From: Minisyncoccota bacterium
Lineage (GTDB): Bacteria > Patescibacteriota > Minisyncoccia > 2-02-FULL-40-12 > GWA2-44-9
Direction of reading: 5' to 3'
Length of the DNA: 64,000 nt
Assembly: GCA_018062285.1 (NCBI GenBank)
Contig: JAGOSO010000002.1
Coordinates: 3,164-67,163, forward strand
In this document: piece after piece, positions 26,790 through 35,908 of the stretch
Position numbering within the stretch: the first letter of the stretch is position 1
Layout: every line of letters begins with the position of its first letter
Notes under the pieces: model-generated
Databases searched by the model: none
What the model was told of the DNA's origin: nothing
Seen by the model: the letters and a program-made list of their open reading frames with translations, nothing else
Position numbers and translations under genes: made by a program

Positions 26790-27791
26790 CTACTTCTTGG
26801 CCATCACGTTCTTCTTGTAGGTGCCGAGGTTTTCTAAGACAATGCCTGTGCCCCGAGCCACACAGAATAATGGGTCATCGGCGATGCGAGCAGGTACACC
26901 GGTGATTTTTGTAATCAAAATATCAATGTGTTTAAGCAGTGCTCCACCACCCGAGATAACAATCCCCTTGTCCATAATATCTGAACAAAGTTCAGGCGGA
27001 GTTACTTCAAGAACGGTTTTAATAATTTGAATAATTTCACGAAGATGATCAGACAAAGCCTCGGTAATTTCGTTTGAGGTGACTTCAATCGTCTTGGGAT
27101 AGCCGGTTGTCAAATCACGACCCTTGATACTGATTTTTTCTTCGACAGTAGTTTTTGTAGCACTACCAATATTTATCTTTATGAGTTCGGCGGTTCGTTC
27201 ACCAATAGCAAGGCCGTGTTTCTTTTTAATGTAATCAACAATAGCTTGGTCCAATTTATTGCCACCAATACGCACTGATTGAGCACTAACAATCCCACCC
27301 AAAGAGATAACAGCTAATTCGGTGGTTCCTCCACCAATATTTAAAATCATATTGCCCGAAGCACTGTTAATCGGGATCTTGGCACCGATAGCAGCAAGGA
27401 CTGGTTCTTTAACCAAGTAGACCTCCTTGGCTCCCGCCCGCAATCCCGCCTCCATGACCGCCCGACGTTCGGTTGAAGTAATCCCAGCAGGAACAGAAAT
27501 CAAAACTTCAGGCTTAAAGAAGCGCCAAGCACCGCTCGCTTTTTTTATAAAATAACGAAGCATGGCACCAGTGACTCGATAGTCCGCAATGGCCCCATCA
27601 ACTAATGGCTTTGAAACAATAATACTTTCGGGGGCACGGCCAATCATTTCTTTTGCCTCAGCTCCGACGGCTAAAATTTTATTATCTAAGACAGAAATTG
27701 CCACGACAGATGGCTCATTAATAACAATCCCTTTTTGAGGAAGGAAGACAACGGTATTTGTAGTTCCAAGATCAATTCCAATACTTCTCAT
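26790..27791 (-). CDS. mreB: Rod-shape determining actin homolog MreB
   Basis: MRSIGIDLGTTNTVVF... phosphate-1 motif and overall 333-aa MreB pattern. Confidence 0.9.
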   Translation of the reverse strand: MRSIGIDLGTTNTVVFLPQKGIVINEPSVVAISVLDNKILAVGAEAKEMIGRAPESIIVSKPLVDGAIADYRVTGAMLRYFIKKASGAWRFFKPEVLISVPAGITSTERRAVMEAGLRAGAKEVYLVKEPVLAAIGAKIPINSASGNMILNIGGGTTELAVISLGGIVSAQSVRIGGNKLDQAIVDYIKKKHGLAIGERTAELIKINIGSATKTTVEEKISIKGRDLTTGYPKTIEVTSNEITEALSDHLREIIQIIKTVLEVTPPELCSDIMDKGIVISGGGALLKHIDILITKITGVPARIADDPLFCVARGTGIVLENLGTYKKNVMAKK

Positions 27792-27852
27792 AGATATAAT
27801 TTATAACTTGTTTTCGCTTGGAAGGCAATTGACTATGTGCTAGAATATCCGC

Positions 27853-28707
27853 ATGACTAGAACTACCCGAAGGGTGCTTTTTTACTGCTCAATCGCTCTA
27901 TTTATGGCTGTCAGCTATATTGCATTGGTTTATGCTCAGGGCTACCAATACAGCTTCAGCGAGCGCAAATTCGTCCGTAGTGGCGCGCTTTATGTTAAGG
28001 CCAACACTTCTGCTTCGGTTTATCTCGATGGGAAATTAAAAGACAACACATCACTAATTGGAAACTCTGTGAGTATTGGGAACTTAAAGCCCGCAACCTA
28101 TTCGATCAGCGTTGAAAAAAACGGCTGGTCTTCATGGCAGAAAAAAACTACTATTGTCGCTGGATTTGTTGAAGATTTTAATCATGTAATGCTCCTGCCT
28201 CAAACCGGCCAAGACAAAGAAAACGTTAAAAAAGAAATCCAAGATTTATTGTATCCTGTTGTTGCATCAGCATCAAAAACTCCTACCCCGACCCCAAGCC
28301 CTACCCCAAAAAATAAAACAAAAACAAAACCCACCCCATCGCCTACCCCAACACCACTTCCAACACCCGATATGACTAAACCATATTACATGGATAAGGG
28401 TTCTTTATACGTAAACGTTTCTGACGGTCCAGCCATCAGGCTGGCTGGTGATGTAAAAGCTGTTCCCTCAGAAGATGGTCAAAAATTAGCCTGGTTCACC
28501 GAGGGTCAACTTTGGGTCTATTGGTTCACCAACACCAACTACCAACCTGTTCATTATGCTGGTGATGTTGCTCTCGTTGCCCATTTTAATCATCCAATCA
28601 AAGCTATCCAGTGGTTCAGAGACAACGATCACATCGCCCTTGATGCTGGCGGTCTAAAAGTTATCGAGATAGATACTCGGCCAGGTTTAAATATTATCAA
28701 CTTCTAA
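27853..28707 (+). CDS. Secreted/membrane-anchored protein with PEGA-like beta domain and Pro/Thr-rich linker
   Basis: N-terminal TM; YVKANTSASVYLDGKLKDNTSLIGNSVSIGNLKPATYSISVEKNGWSSW resembles PEGA; PTPTPSPTPKNKTKTKPTPSPTPTPLPTP linker. Confidence 0.45.
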   Translation: MTRTTRRVLFYCSIALFMAVSYIALVYAQGYQYSFSERKFVRSGALYVKANTSASVYLDGKLKDNTSLIGNSVSIGNLKPATYSISVEKNGWSSWQKKTTIVAGFVEDFNHVMLLPQTGQDKENVKKEIQDLLYPVVASASKTPTPTPSPTPKNKTKTKPTPSPTPTPLPTPDMTKPYYMDKGSLYVNVSDGPAIRLAGDVKAVPSEDGQKLAWFTEGQLWVYWFTNTNYQPVHYAGDVALVAHFNHPIKAIQWFRDNDHIALDAGGLKVIEIDTRPGLNIINF

Positions 28708-28735
28708 ATTAAAAGGCCTCACATAAAGTGTGGCC

Positions 28736-28957
28736 TTAGGGCTTCTCACAAAACTTGCCAATTCGCGCGAAGCGGACTGGCGATTTTTCGATCATTGTTT
28801 TCAAATTACTAATGAGATCTTCTTCGTTTGGAATTTCGATTCTCTGGCCTTCTGTGTAAGCTGGTTCCATTTGGAACGGGTAGCCGAAATGATCCGCAGC
28901 ATGGATGGCGCTTGCCAAGTCATGAGCATCGATAAAAAAGTACTCCGTCTGTGACAT
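28736..28957 (-). CDS. Hypothetical small protein (73 aa), GC-rich
   Basis: MSQTEYFFIDAHDLASAIHAADHFGYPFQMEP...; protein-like composition, in contrast to the overlapping plus-strand ORF. Confidence 0.4.
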   Translation of the reverse strand: MSQTEYFFIDAHDLASAIHAADHFGYPFQMEPAYTEGQRIEIPNEEDLISNLKTMIEKSPVRFARIGKFCEKP

Positions 28958-29062
28958 CTGCGAACCTCCAAGAATTTAGTATATCTCAAAAATAATGCTG
29001 GTCAATTAAAAAAGACTTGGGCCACAATGGGCGCCCAAGTCTTGAGAAAAATCTTCCGCAAT

Positions 29063-29893
29063 TCAGATATGTGGAGTGCTACCACCCACAACCATGCCAC
29101 ACACCGGACACTTCTCTCCGACGTTGGCGCTGAGTCCGCAGTAATCGCAGGGTTTTTCCGGTTTTTTGGGAACAATGATCTCGTCCTTAAAACCGGTGTC
29201 GTCGACAATACCCCCACAATTCCCACACTCGCTCAACCACCTGGCGCTGTGGCCACAGTTCGGACATTCCATTAATTCATCAATGGGAACACCTGCCCCG
29301 AGAGCCCTTGGTTTGGGCTCATTAGCAAGGATGGGCCTTTCGACAGAATCGATCAATGAGCCCCAGTCAAACTTGACCCGAGTCGGCAGAATGAAAGTCC
29401 CAGAGATTTGAGACTCGACAATGTGCCTCATAAGACCAAAGGTCTCGTTATACCGGTCGACACCTTCTTTGATCTCGTACAAGAGACGGGCCCTCTGGTC
29501 ACGCAGGGCAAGAACCTCGGGTGTTTCAGTGGCCGAGACCTTCTCTTTGGGGATAGCCTTGAACTGGCCCATCAAACTCTCGATGGCGCCGACCATCTGA
29601 TCGTGCTTTTTGTCGACATTCTCCTGGGTGATGAACTCTCGCACGGTTCGACAGTACATCGACCGATCAGAGTCATTTGTGTGGGTCAGGTCCATACTCA
29701 GACCTGCAAAAAAACCAAGGAGAACAGCAGTGCTCAAAATTGCAAAATAACCTGGGCCCCAATGCATGCCGGCCATCTTCATGGCAAAGATCGCAACCAT
29801 TCCGAACGGTACTGCCGCCCATCTCATCATCACAAGAACTCCCGAATGCCTACTGTGTCTGGCCTTAAAAACCAGATAGGGCTCCCCGCCCAT
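29063..29893 (-). CDS. Membrane protein with C-terminal multi-CxxC zinc-ribbon region, GC-rich
   Basis: Two TM helices near the N-terminus; C-terminus CPNCGH...CGNCGG...CDYCG...CPVCG (four CxxC pairs); the true start may be an internal Met. Confidence 0.45.
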   Translation of the reverse strand: MGGEPYLVFKARHSRHSGVLVMMRWAAVPFGMVAIFAMKMAGMHWGPGYFAILSTAVLLGFFAGLSMDLTHTNDSDRSMYCRTVREFITQENVDKKHDQMVGAIESLMGQFKAIPKEKVSATETPEVLALRDQRARLLYEIKEGVDRYNETFGLMRHIVESQISGTFILPTRVKFDWGSLIDSVERPILANEPKPRALGAGVPIDELMECPNCGHSARWLSECGNCGGIVDDTGFKDEIIVPKKPEKPCDYCGLSANVGEKCPVCGMVVGGSTPHI

Positions 29894-29979
29894 ATAAGCT
29901 TTAATATAATAGCCTAAATATAGAAAAAGTCAATCAAAAAACAAACAGCCCACCGATACTGGTGGGCTGTTTGTACGTA

Positions 29980-30549
29980 TTAACGTTTGTTCCACTGAGG
30001 TGCTTTGCGAGCTTTCTTGAGACCGTACTTACGGCGTTCCTTGGCGCGTGAGTCGCGGGTGAGGAAACCAGATTTCTTGAGCTTCTTGCGGAAGTTTCCG
30101 TCAAAGAGTTCGAGAGCTCGGGAGATACCATGCTTGATGGCACCAGCCTGACCAGCGATACCACCACCATTTACTAAGACTGTAGCTTTGAAACGATTTA
30201 AAGATTTAAGTTTGCGGAGTGGAGATTCAACGATATGCTGCAAGTTTACATCACTGAAGTAATCGGTGTAGTTTTTGCCGTTTACAACAACGATAGCTTT
30301 TTCTTCGCCAGCAACGTCAGTTGATTTCTTGGTGAATAAACGGACACGAGCAATTGATTCTTTGCGTCGGCCGACAGTTTCATAATATTTCTCTGGACCC
30401 TTTTCATCGGTAACTTCGATGGTTGGGACATAATCATCAGAATCATCTTCTTCTACAATGCCCATGGATTGAGGCTTAACCAAAACTTCTTCTGGTTGAG
30501 CAATAACTGGGGCTTTCTTTTTAATTGTCTTGGTTGGCTTAATAGGCAT
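29980..30549 (-). CDS. rpsI: 30S ribosomal protein S9 with ~60-aa N-terminal extension
   Basis: C-terminal GGGIAGQAGAIKHGISRAL...SRAKERRKYGLKKARKAPQWNKR is canonical S9. Confidence 0.85.
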   Translation of the reverse strand: MPIKPTKTIKKKAPVIAQPEEVLVKPQSMGIVEEDDSDDYVPTIEVTDEKGPEKYYETVGRRKESIARVRLFTKKSTDVAGEEKAIVVVNGKNYTDYFSDVNLQHIVESPLRKLKSLNRFKATVLVNGGGIAGQAGAIKHGISRALELFDGNFRKKLKKSGFLTRDSRAKERRKYGLKKARKAPQWNKR

Positions 30550-30554
30550 ACTGA

Positions 30555-30896
30555 TTAGTTAAATTTAAGATTCAAAATGATTTTGTCGCGGGTTTTATTC
30601 TTTGGCAACATTCGATAAACGATATGGCGCAAAACCTCTTGTGGGTCTTTCTCCCATTCATCACCAAGATTACGAGCGCGAATACCACCGTGATAACCAG
30701 AATAGTGGAAATAGGTTTTCTGATCAAGCTTGTTGCCAGTGAATTTGGCAGCTTTCAAGTTTGAAATAACAACTTCTACATTGGCCATCTTTTCAGGGGC
30801 ATATGATGGAAGGTGTTTGCCACGCAAAGCATGAGCAACTTGGGTTGCGATTCGGCCTAATGCTTGGTTTGTGGCGTCGATTTGATAAATAGTCAT
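30555..30896 (-). CDS. rplM: 50S ribosomal protein L13 (short form)
   Basis: MTIYQIDATNQALGRIATQVAHALRGKH matches the L13 N-terminus; S9-L13 synteny. Confidence 0.8.
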   Translation of the reverse strand: MTIYQIDATNQALGRIATQVAHALRGKHLPSYAPEKMANVEVVISNLKAAKFTGNKLDQKTYFHYSGYHGGIRARNLGDEWEKDPQEVLRHIVYRMLPKNKTRDKIILNLKFN

Positions 30897-30903
30897 GGTC
30901 GTA

Positions 30904-31269
30904 TTATTTGGCGGTAGTTACAAAATCAGTGAATTCAATTAAAGCCATCTCAGCTCCATCGCTTGGGCGCTGGCCAAGTCTAATGATACGGGTGTAACCA
31001 CCTTTGCGGTCGGCATTGCTTGTAGCAATTTCGTTCATTAACTTCTTGGTAGCTTTTTCGCCAACATGACCGAGCAATTCACGGTGAGCATTCAAATTCT
31101 TTCTCTTGGCGAGGGTGATCAATTTTTCAACAACCTGAGACAAAGATTTTGCTTTGGCTTGAGTGGTTTTTATTTGACCATGATCAATCAAAGCTGTCGC
31201 CAACGATTTGTACATCGCTGTGCGGACTTTGCGGTCTCGGCCGAATTTTCGTTGATTACCTCGTTTCAT
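30904..31269 (-). CDS. rplQ: 50S ribosomal protein L17
   Basis: MKRGNQRKFGRDRKVRTAMYKSLATALIDHGQIKTT...; rpoA-rplQ synteny. Confidence 0.85.
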   Translation of the reverse strand: MKRGNQRKFGRDRKVRTAMYKSLATALIDHGQIKTTQAKAKSLSQVVEKLITLAKRKNLNAHRELLGHVGEKATKKLMNEIATSNADRKGGYTRIIRLGQRPSDGAEMALIEFTDFVTTAK

Positions 31270-31271
31270 GT

Positions 31272-32009
31272 TTATTTATCTGATTTAGTCTTTTTTGCTT
31301 TGGCTTCTTTCTTTTCAGAAACTTCAGGAACTTCTACTTCATTTACCACACGGAAGTGATTTAGTAAAATCTCGGAAGCCTGTTTCATTGCCAATTCTGG
31401 TTCCATCGATCCATCGGTTTCTACTTCCATAGTAACTTTATTGAAGTCGATTCTTTGACCAACACGAACATCTTCGATTTTGAAGTTTACCAAACGAACA
31501 GGAGAAAAGACAGCGTCGATGGCAATTACACCAATGGCGAGCTTGTCGTTCTTACGCTGTTCAACTGGAACATATCCAACACCCTTTTCAACGTCGATTT
31601 CCATAACAAAATCCATCTTCTTGTCAGTCAAAGTGGCAATGTGCTGGTCGGTGTTGATGACTTCAACATCAGAATTAGTTTTGATATCGGCTGCAGTAAC
31701 TTCTTTGTCGCCTTTAACTTCGAGAGTTAATTTAACAGGGCCATCAGTGTGTAATCGGAACTTAATCTTCTTAACGTTCATGATTATCTGAATGACATCT
31801 TCCTGAACACCATCGATACTTGAGAATTCATGATCAACACCTTTGATCTTGATAGCAGTGATAGCAGCACCTTCAAGAGATGACAACAAAACACGGCGAA
31901 GTGGGTTCGCAATGGTGGCTCCATAACCCGGCATAAGTGGGCTAATTTCAAAAGTGGCGCGACTGCCTTCTTTTGCTATTACTTTGATTTGTTCTGGTGT
32001 CTGTATCAT
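31272..32009 (-). CDS. rpoA: DNA-directed RNA polymerase alpha subunit, N-terminal domain only (245 aa, no alpha-CTD)
   Basis: RpoA NTD pattern (FEISPLMPGYGATIANPLRRVLLSSLEGAAITAIKIKGVDHEF); ends with a short Lys-rich tail (SEKKEAKAKKTKSDK); rplQ begins 3 nt downstream, so there is no room for a CTD. Confidence 0.8.
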   Translation of the reverse strand: MIQTPEQIKVIAKEGSRATFEISPLMPGYGATIANPLRRVLLSSLEGAAITAIKIKGVDHEFSSIDGVQEDVIQIIMNVKKIKFRLHTDGPVKLTLEVKGDKEVTAADIKTNSDVEVINTDQHIATLTDKKMDFVMEIDVEKGVGYVPVEQRKNDKLAIGVIAIDAVFSPVRLVNFKIEDVRVGQRIDFNKVTMEVETDGSMEPELAMKQASEILLNHFRVVNEVEVPEVSEKKEAKAKKTKSDK

Positions 32010-32059
32010 GTGTTTTTTGTGAAATGCGGGTTAATAATCCCCAACATGCCACATATTAA

Positions 32060-32695
32060 TTACCTACTGTAATACTCAATGATTGCTTGCAGGTCAGTTG
32101 CGCCAACGCCGCTCTCTTCAACTGTGACCATGCCCTTAACTTTGGCTGTCATTTTTTCTTTGTTTAATTCAATCCAGCTTGGTGCATCATGCTTAGGAAA
32201 CCAAGTTGGGACAAGATTCATGAAGTAGTTACTCTTCTTACTGCCTTCGCGGATAGAGATAACATCACCAATACGAACCTGATATGAAGGAATACTGACT
32301 TTTTTGTCATTAACCAAGATGTGGCCATGATTTACAACCTGACGAGCTTGGTCGCGAGATTGAGCAAAGCCCATACGATAAACCGTATTATCAAGACGAT
32401 GTTCAAGAGAGTTGATAATAGAAGCGTAAGAATCCTTATGGGAAGCTTCTGCGCCTTTTACGTAGCCCTTAAACTGCTTCTCGAGCATGCGATAAGTATT
32501 ACGAACCTTTTGCTTTGATTTTAATTGCTGACCGAACTCTGAAAGTTTGCGAGTTGGCTTATGGCCATGAATACCAGGAGCGTAAGGCTTCTTGGTGATA
32601 GCAGTTTTGCCGAGTTGAGAACGCAAACCCTTGATGCCGATTTTCTCGCCAATGCGTCGTTCAATTCGTTCTTTTGGTCCTGTATAGCGTGCCAT
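32060..32695 (-). CDS. rpsD: 30S ribosomal protein S4
   Basis: MARYTGPKERIERRIG... S4 N-terminus and S4 RNA-binding domain. Confidence 0.9.
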   Translation of the reverse strand: MARYTGPKERIERRIGEKIGIKGLRSQLGKTAITKKPYAPGIHGHKPTRKLSEFGQQLKSKQKVRNTYRMLEKQFKGYVKGAEASHKDSYASIINSLEHRLDNTVYRMGFAQSRDQARQVVNHGHILVNDKKVSIPSYQVRIGDVISIREGSKKSNYFMNLVPTWFPKHDAPSWIELNKEKMTAKVKGMVTVEESGVGATDLQAIIEYYSR

Positions 32696-32713
32696 ATTAG
32701 TTTATATAAATGA

Positions 32714-33157
32714 TTAGACTCGTCTTGGTTTAGGTCTGCGAACACCGTTGTGTGCGATTGGGGTAGCGTCCATGATTGAAAGAACGTTTAAACCAGTACT
32801 GGCCAAGCCACGGATAGCTGACTCACGGCCTGGGCCGACACCTTTGATAACGATTTTAATGTTTGCAAGATTGTATTTCTTGGTCTTTTCAAAGCAATCC
32901 TTAGCAACCATGTTGGCTGCATATGGAGTGGATTTCTTGCTTCCCTTGAATCCGAGTAAACCAGCAGATGAGAAACCAATTACTTGACCGACGTTATCAG
33001 CGATAGAAATAATGGTGTTGTTGTAGGAAACGTTAACTGTAGCGATACCATTGAGAACCTGCTTCTTGGCAGAACCTTTCTTGGTTGCGACAACAGCGGC
33101 CTCTTTTGGGGCTTCGATAACGTCTGCTTCCATTGTTACTACTTTAGTCTTTGCCAT
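32714..33157 (-). CDS. rpsK: 30S ribosomal protein S11
   Basis: Canonical S11 core (ATFNNTIVTITD-like NNTIISIADNVGQV; C-terminal DATPIAHNGVRRPKPRRV). Confidence 0.9.
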   Translation of the reverse strand: MAKTKVVTMEADVIEAPKEAAVVATKKGSAKKQVLNGIATVNVSYNNTIISIADNVGQVIGFSSAGLLGFKGSKKSTPYAANMVAKDCFEKTKKYNLANIKIVIKGVGPGRESAIRGLASTGLNVLSIMDATPIAHNGVRRPKPRRV

Positions 33158-33169
33158 GTTTAATTAAGT

Positions 33170-33556
33170 TTATGTCTTTTCACCACTTGCCTTGCGTCCT
33201 GAACCCATGGTCTTACGGACGTTACCGCGCAAAGTGCGTGAATTGGTCTTACTGCGGCCATGAATAGGCAAACGACGTGCGTGTCGATTACCGCGCCATG
33301 AACCGATTTCTTTCAAACGTTTAATGTTTTGGCTGACTTCTTTGCGAAGGTCGCCCTCTACTCTGTAGCTCTTTTCTAAAATCTTTGTAATCTTGTTGAG
33401 CTCATCAGCAGTTAAATCCTTAGCTCTCTTGTCTAAATCGATACCAGCAGAACGGAGAACCAAAACGCTAGTGGTATGGCCAACGCCATATACATACGCT
33501 AGAGCGAATTCGATTTTCTTGTTATCTGGAATGTTGATACCTAAGATACGTGGCAT
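33170..33556 (-). CDS. rpsM: 30S ribosomal protein S13
   Basis: MPRILGINIPDNKKIEFALAYVYGVG... Confidence 0.9.
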   Translation of the reverse strand: MPRILGINIPDNKKIEFALAYVYGVGHTTSVLVLRSAGIDLDKRAKDLTADELNKITKILEKSYRVEGDLRKEVSQNIKRLKEIGSWRGNRHARRLPIHGRSKTNSRTLRGNVRKTMGSGRKASGEKT

Positions 33557-33570
33557 ATATTATATAAATT

Positions 33571-33684
33571 CTAGCCTTGGCGTTGTTTATGTTTTGGATT
33601 CTTGCAGATGCAATACAACCGACCTTTGCGTCGGACTAATTTGCAACTATTGCACATAACTTTTACTGATGCTCGTACTTTCAT
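33571..33684 (-). CDS. rpmJ: 50S ribosomal protein L36 (37 aa; below the ORF-track cutoff)
   Basis: Translated by hand: [37 protein letters not shown], the canonical L36 C-x2-C...C-x-C zinc ribbon; located between infA and rpsM as in most bacteria. Confidence 0.85.
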   Translation of the reverse strand: MKVRASVKVMCNSCKLVRRKGRLYCICKNPKHKQRQG

Positions 33685-33687
33685 AGT

Positions 33688-33927
33688 TTAGTATCTATAA
33701 ACAATCCTGCCTCGGGTTCCATCCGGAGATAGTTCCACTGCGACACGATCGCCGATCATGACCTTGATGTAATGGAGGCGCATTTTACCCGCAAGGTACA
33801 CAAGTACCTCTCGGCCGTCTTCCAGTTTAACCTTAAACTTGGTATCCGGTAATGCCTCTATAATCTGGGCATTTAATTTTTCTTTTGGGTCTGTGGTCAA
33901 ATGTGTTACTGAAAAAAAGACGTCCAC
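33688..33927 (-). CDS. infA: Translation initiation factor IF-1
   Basis: S1-like OB fold; ...[48 protein letters not shown]. Confidence 0.9.
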   Translation of the reverse strand: MDVFFSVTHLTTDPKEKLNAQIIEALPDTKFKVKLEDGREVLVYLAGKMRLHYIKVMIGDRVAVELSPDGTRGRIVYRY

Positions 33928-34023
33928 TAAACGTGGGCATCGGAGAAGCTCCTACGCCACTTAGTAATCGTGGTCAATTCAGTCCTTATATACTATCAAA
34001 TCCGAATAAGAGAGTCAATACCA

Positions 34024-35892
34024 CTAATAACTAAGCTCTACACGGACTTTATCTTGGCTCTTTGGGATAGAGCGGACCCAGAAAGGAGACAGGGAAACAT
34101 GGGCCGAAGAGATACCGCTTATAGAACTTAGGTAGGCTTTCATGTCAGCGTCATTTTTACCCAACAAGTCGCTAACTATCTTGTCTTTATCAACTTTGGA
34201 ATAACCTGGACCAGTAATATGGACAGTAAAAGATAAGCCATTTTTGGCATCATCCCACTTAGGGTTTTCGTAAACAATAGTAAGTTTTTCTGGCAAAACG
34301 GTCATATTTTTTTGGCTATCTATGTATTGAGCCACCAGAACTTGGATATCTGACTCTTTAAAACCAACAGTCTTAAGACTGCCAGTCAAGCTCAATTTAA
34401 AAGTGTTGGCCTTAGCGTCGACTTGGCTAGTGGAAGTAGCATCTCCGATGGCAATTTGGCTGTCATTCAATATCTTAAGGCCACTAATCTGAGAATTTAA
34501 ATCATCTTTAATATTGTTGGTGAGCTGGTCGGTTAAAGTTTTTTTGGCGGTGCTTAGGTCACTGTCAGTCACAACGGTTGATTGGCCACTAGTGCCACCT
34601 AGGAATTGAGTGGTTGATTGGCCATATATCTTTGCAAATTTGTTTGTGTCCCCTTTTTCTTTAAAAGCCGGGACGGTAAATAGACCAACGGCAACGTTGT
34701 ATTCAGAACCGGCTTTGTCGGCGATCACTTGAACATCTTTACTGCCGGGGATTAACTTACCTCCCACAGTCTTACTGGCGGGAACATTGATTGAAGTTAA
34801 GGTATGAAAAATGTGATGATCCGATGACTCAAAGCGGGTTGTAGCGATTAGTTGTTGGTCAGAAGTAAGTTCGTTGTAAACAGTAATTGTGCCACGAGCC
34901 TTTTGCGCCACATCAACATGTCCGGTGGCCGGAAAATCCTGAGAAAGAGATTTGGGGATATTGAATAGCTGTCCAGGAACGGCCAAATTAGCCAAGTTGA
35001 CGGCTGAGGTGCTATCAGAAGCAAAAACATTAATACTCACATCTAGGGTTTGGCTAGCCGGTTTGATTGTGACTTGAGCCTTGCCTGTAGTGACAAAGAC
35101 AACGATACCAAGAATAACCACAGCAACACAGGCCATGGCGACTAAGGCAACTCGATGAGTTGGTCGATTGGAACGTCTAGAGCCACTCGAAGCTTTAGGA
35201 ATAAAATTAGATAAAGTCTTACGAGAACGCTGAAACCAACTAGCCATAGCTAATTTGGGAGCAACTTCTTCTGAGGGTCGAGAACTCCAAACACTTCTAA
35301 TTTCTTGAAGAGCATGATGTTCGGTTGGCTCATAATCGAAAGCAACATCGACCGGAATAGCTTTTTCTTTTACGCCAGAGACCTTAACGCTATGTTGGTT
35401 TTTGACCTCAGGAACAAAAATATCATCAAGTCGGCGCTCATTTACTGGCTCTTCGAGACCAAAATCATCATCTTCGACCTCTTCTTCTTTTGCCATAGCA
35501 GTAGTAGAAATTGAATCAGAATCTATTGCAGGCTCAGCATAAAAACTTTCTATCTCGTTTACCACGTCAATTGATCCCGTATCATGCGGGGCAACCTTGC
35601 TACTATGAGAAACTTTTTTAGAAACCGGAGCCCTAGCAAGCAAAACGTCAAACTTGTATTTCTTGGCCATCTCATTTAATTCTGGGCTAGAACACAAAAA
35701 AGAGACCGACTTACCAAGAGTGCGACACTCATCTTTCAGAGAAGCAAAATGGTCTTCTTTTTTAAACGCCTTAGCGCTTTTGGGCAAAACAAATATTACT
35801 TCGTCGGCCGATGTAGCCTTAAAGAGATCCATAATCTCTTGAAACGAATCATCCTTGAGAACATTTATAATCTTCGTAGAAGACATGTCCAA
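34024..35892 (-). CDS. Hypothetical membrane protein (cytoplasmic N-domain, acidic linker, single TM, large extracytoplasmic Ser/Thr-rich domain)
   Basis: 622 aa; TM VALVAMACVAVVILGIVVFVTTG; no recognisable catalytic motif. Confidence 0.4.
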   Translation of the reverse strand: MDMSSTKIINVLKDDSFQEIMDLFKATSADEVIFVLPKSAKAFKKEDHFASLKDECRTLGKSVSFLCSSPELNEMAKKYKFDVLLARAPVSKKVSHSSKVAPHDTGSIDVVNEIESFYAEPAIDSDSISTTAMAKEEEVEDDDFGLEEPVNERRLDDIFVPEVKNQHSVKVSGVKEKAIPVDVAFDYEPTEHHALQEIRSVWSSRPSEEVAPKLAMASWFQRSRKTLSNFIPKASSGSRRSNRPTHRVALVAMACVAVVILGIVVFVTTGKAQVTIKPASQTLDVSINVFASDSTSAVNLANLAVPGQLFNIPKSLSQDFPATGHVDVAQKARGTITVYNELTSDQQLIATTRFESSDHHIFHTLTSINVPASKTVGGKLIPGSKDVQVIADKAGSEYNVAVGLFTVPAFKEKGDTNKFAKIYGQSTTQFLGGTSGQSTVVTDSDLSTAKKTLTDQLTNNIKDDLNSQISGLKILNDSQIAIGDATSTSQVDAKANTFKLSLTGSLKTVGFKESDIQVLVAQYIDSQKNMTVLPEKLTIVYENPKWDDAKNGLSFTVHITGPGYSKVDKDKIVSDLLGKNDADMKAYLSSISGISSAHVSLSPFWVRSIPKSQDKVRVELSY

Positions 35893-35908
35893 TTAATATA
35901 CCACAATC

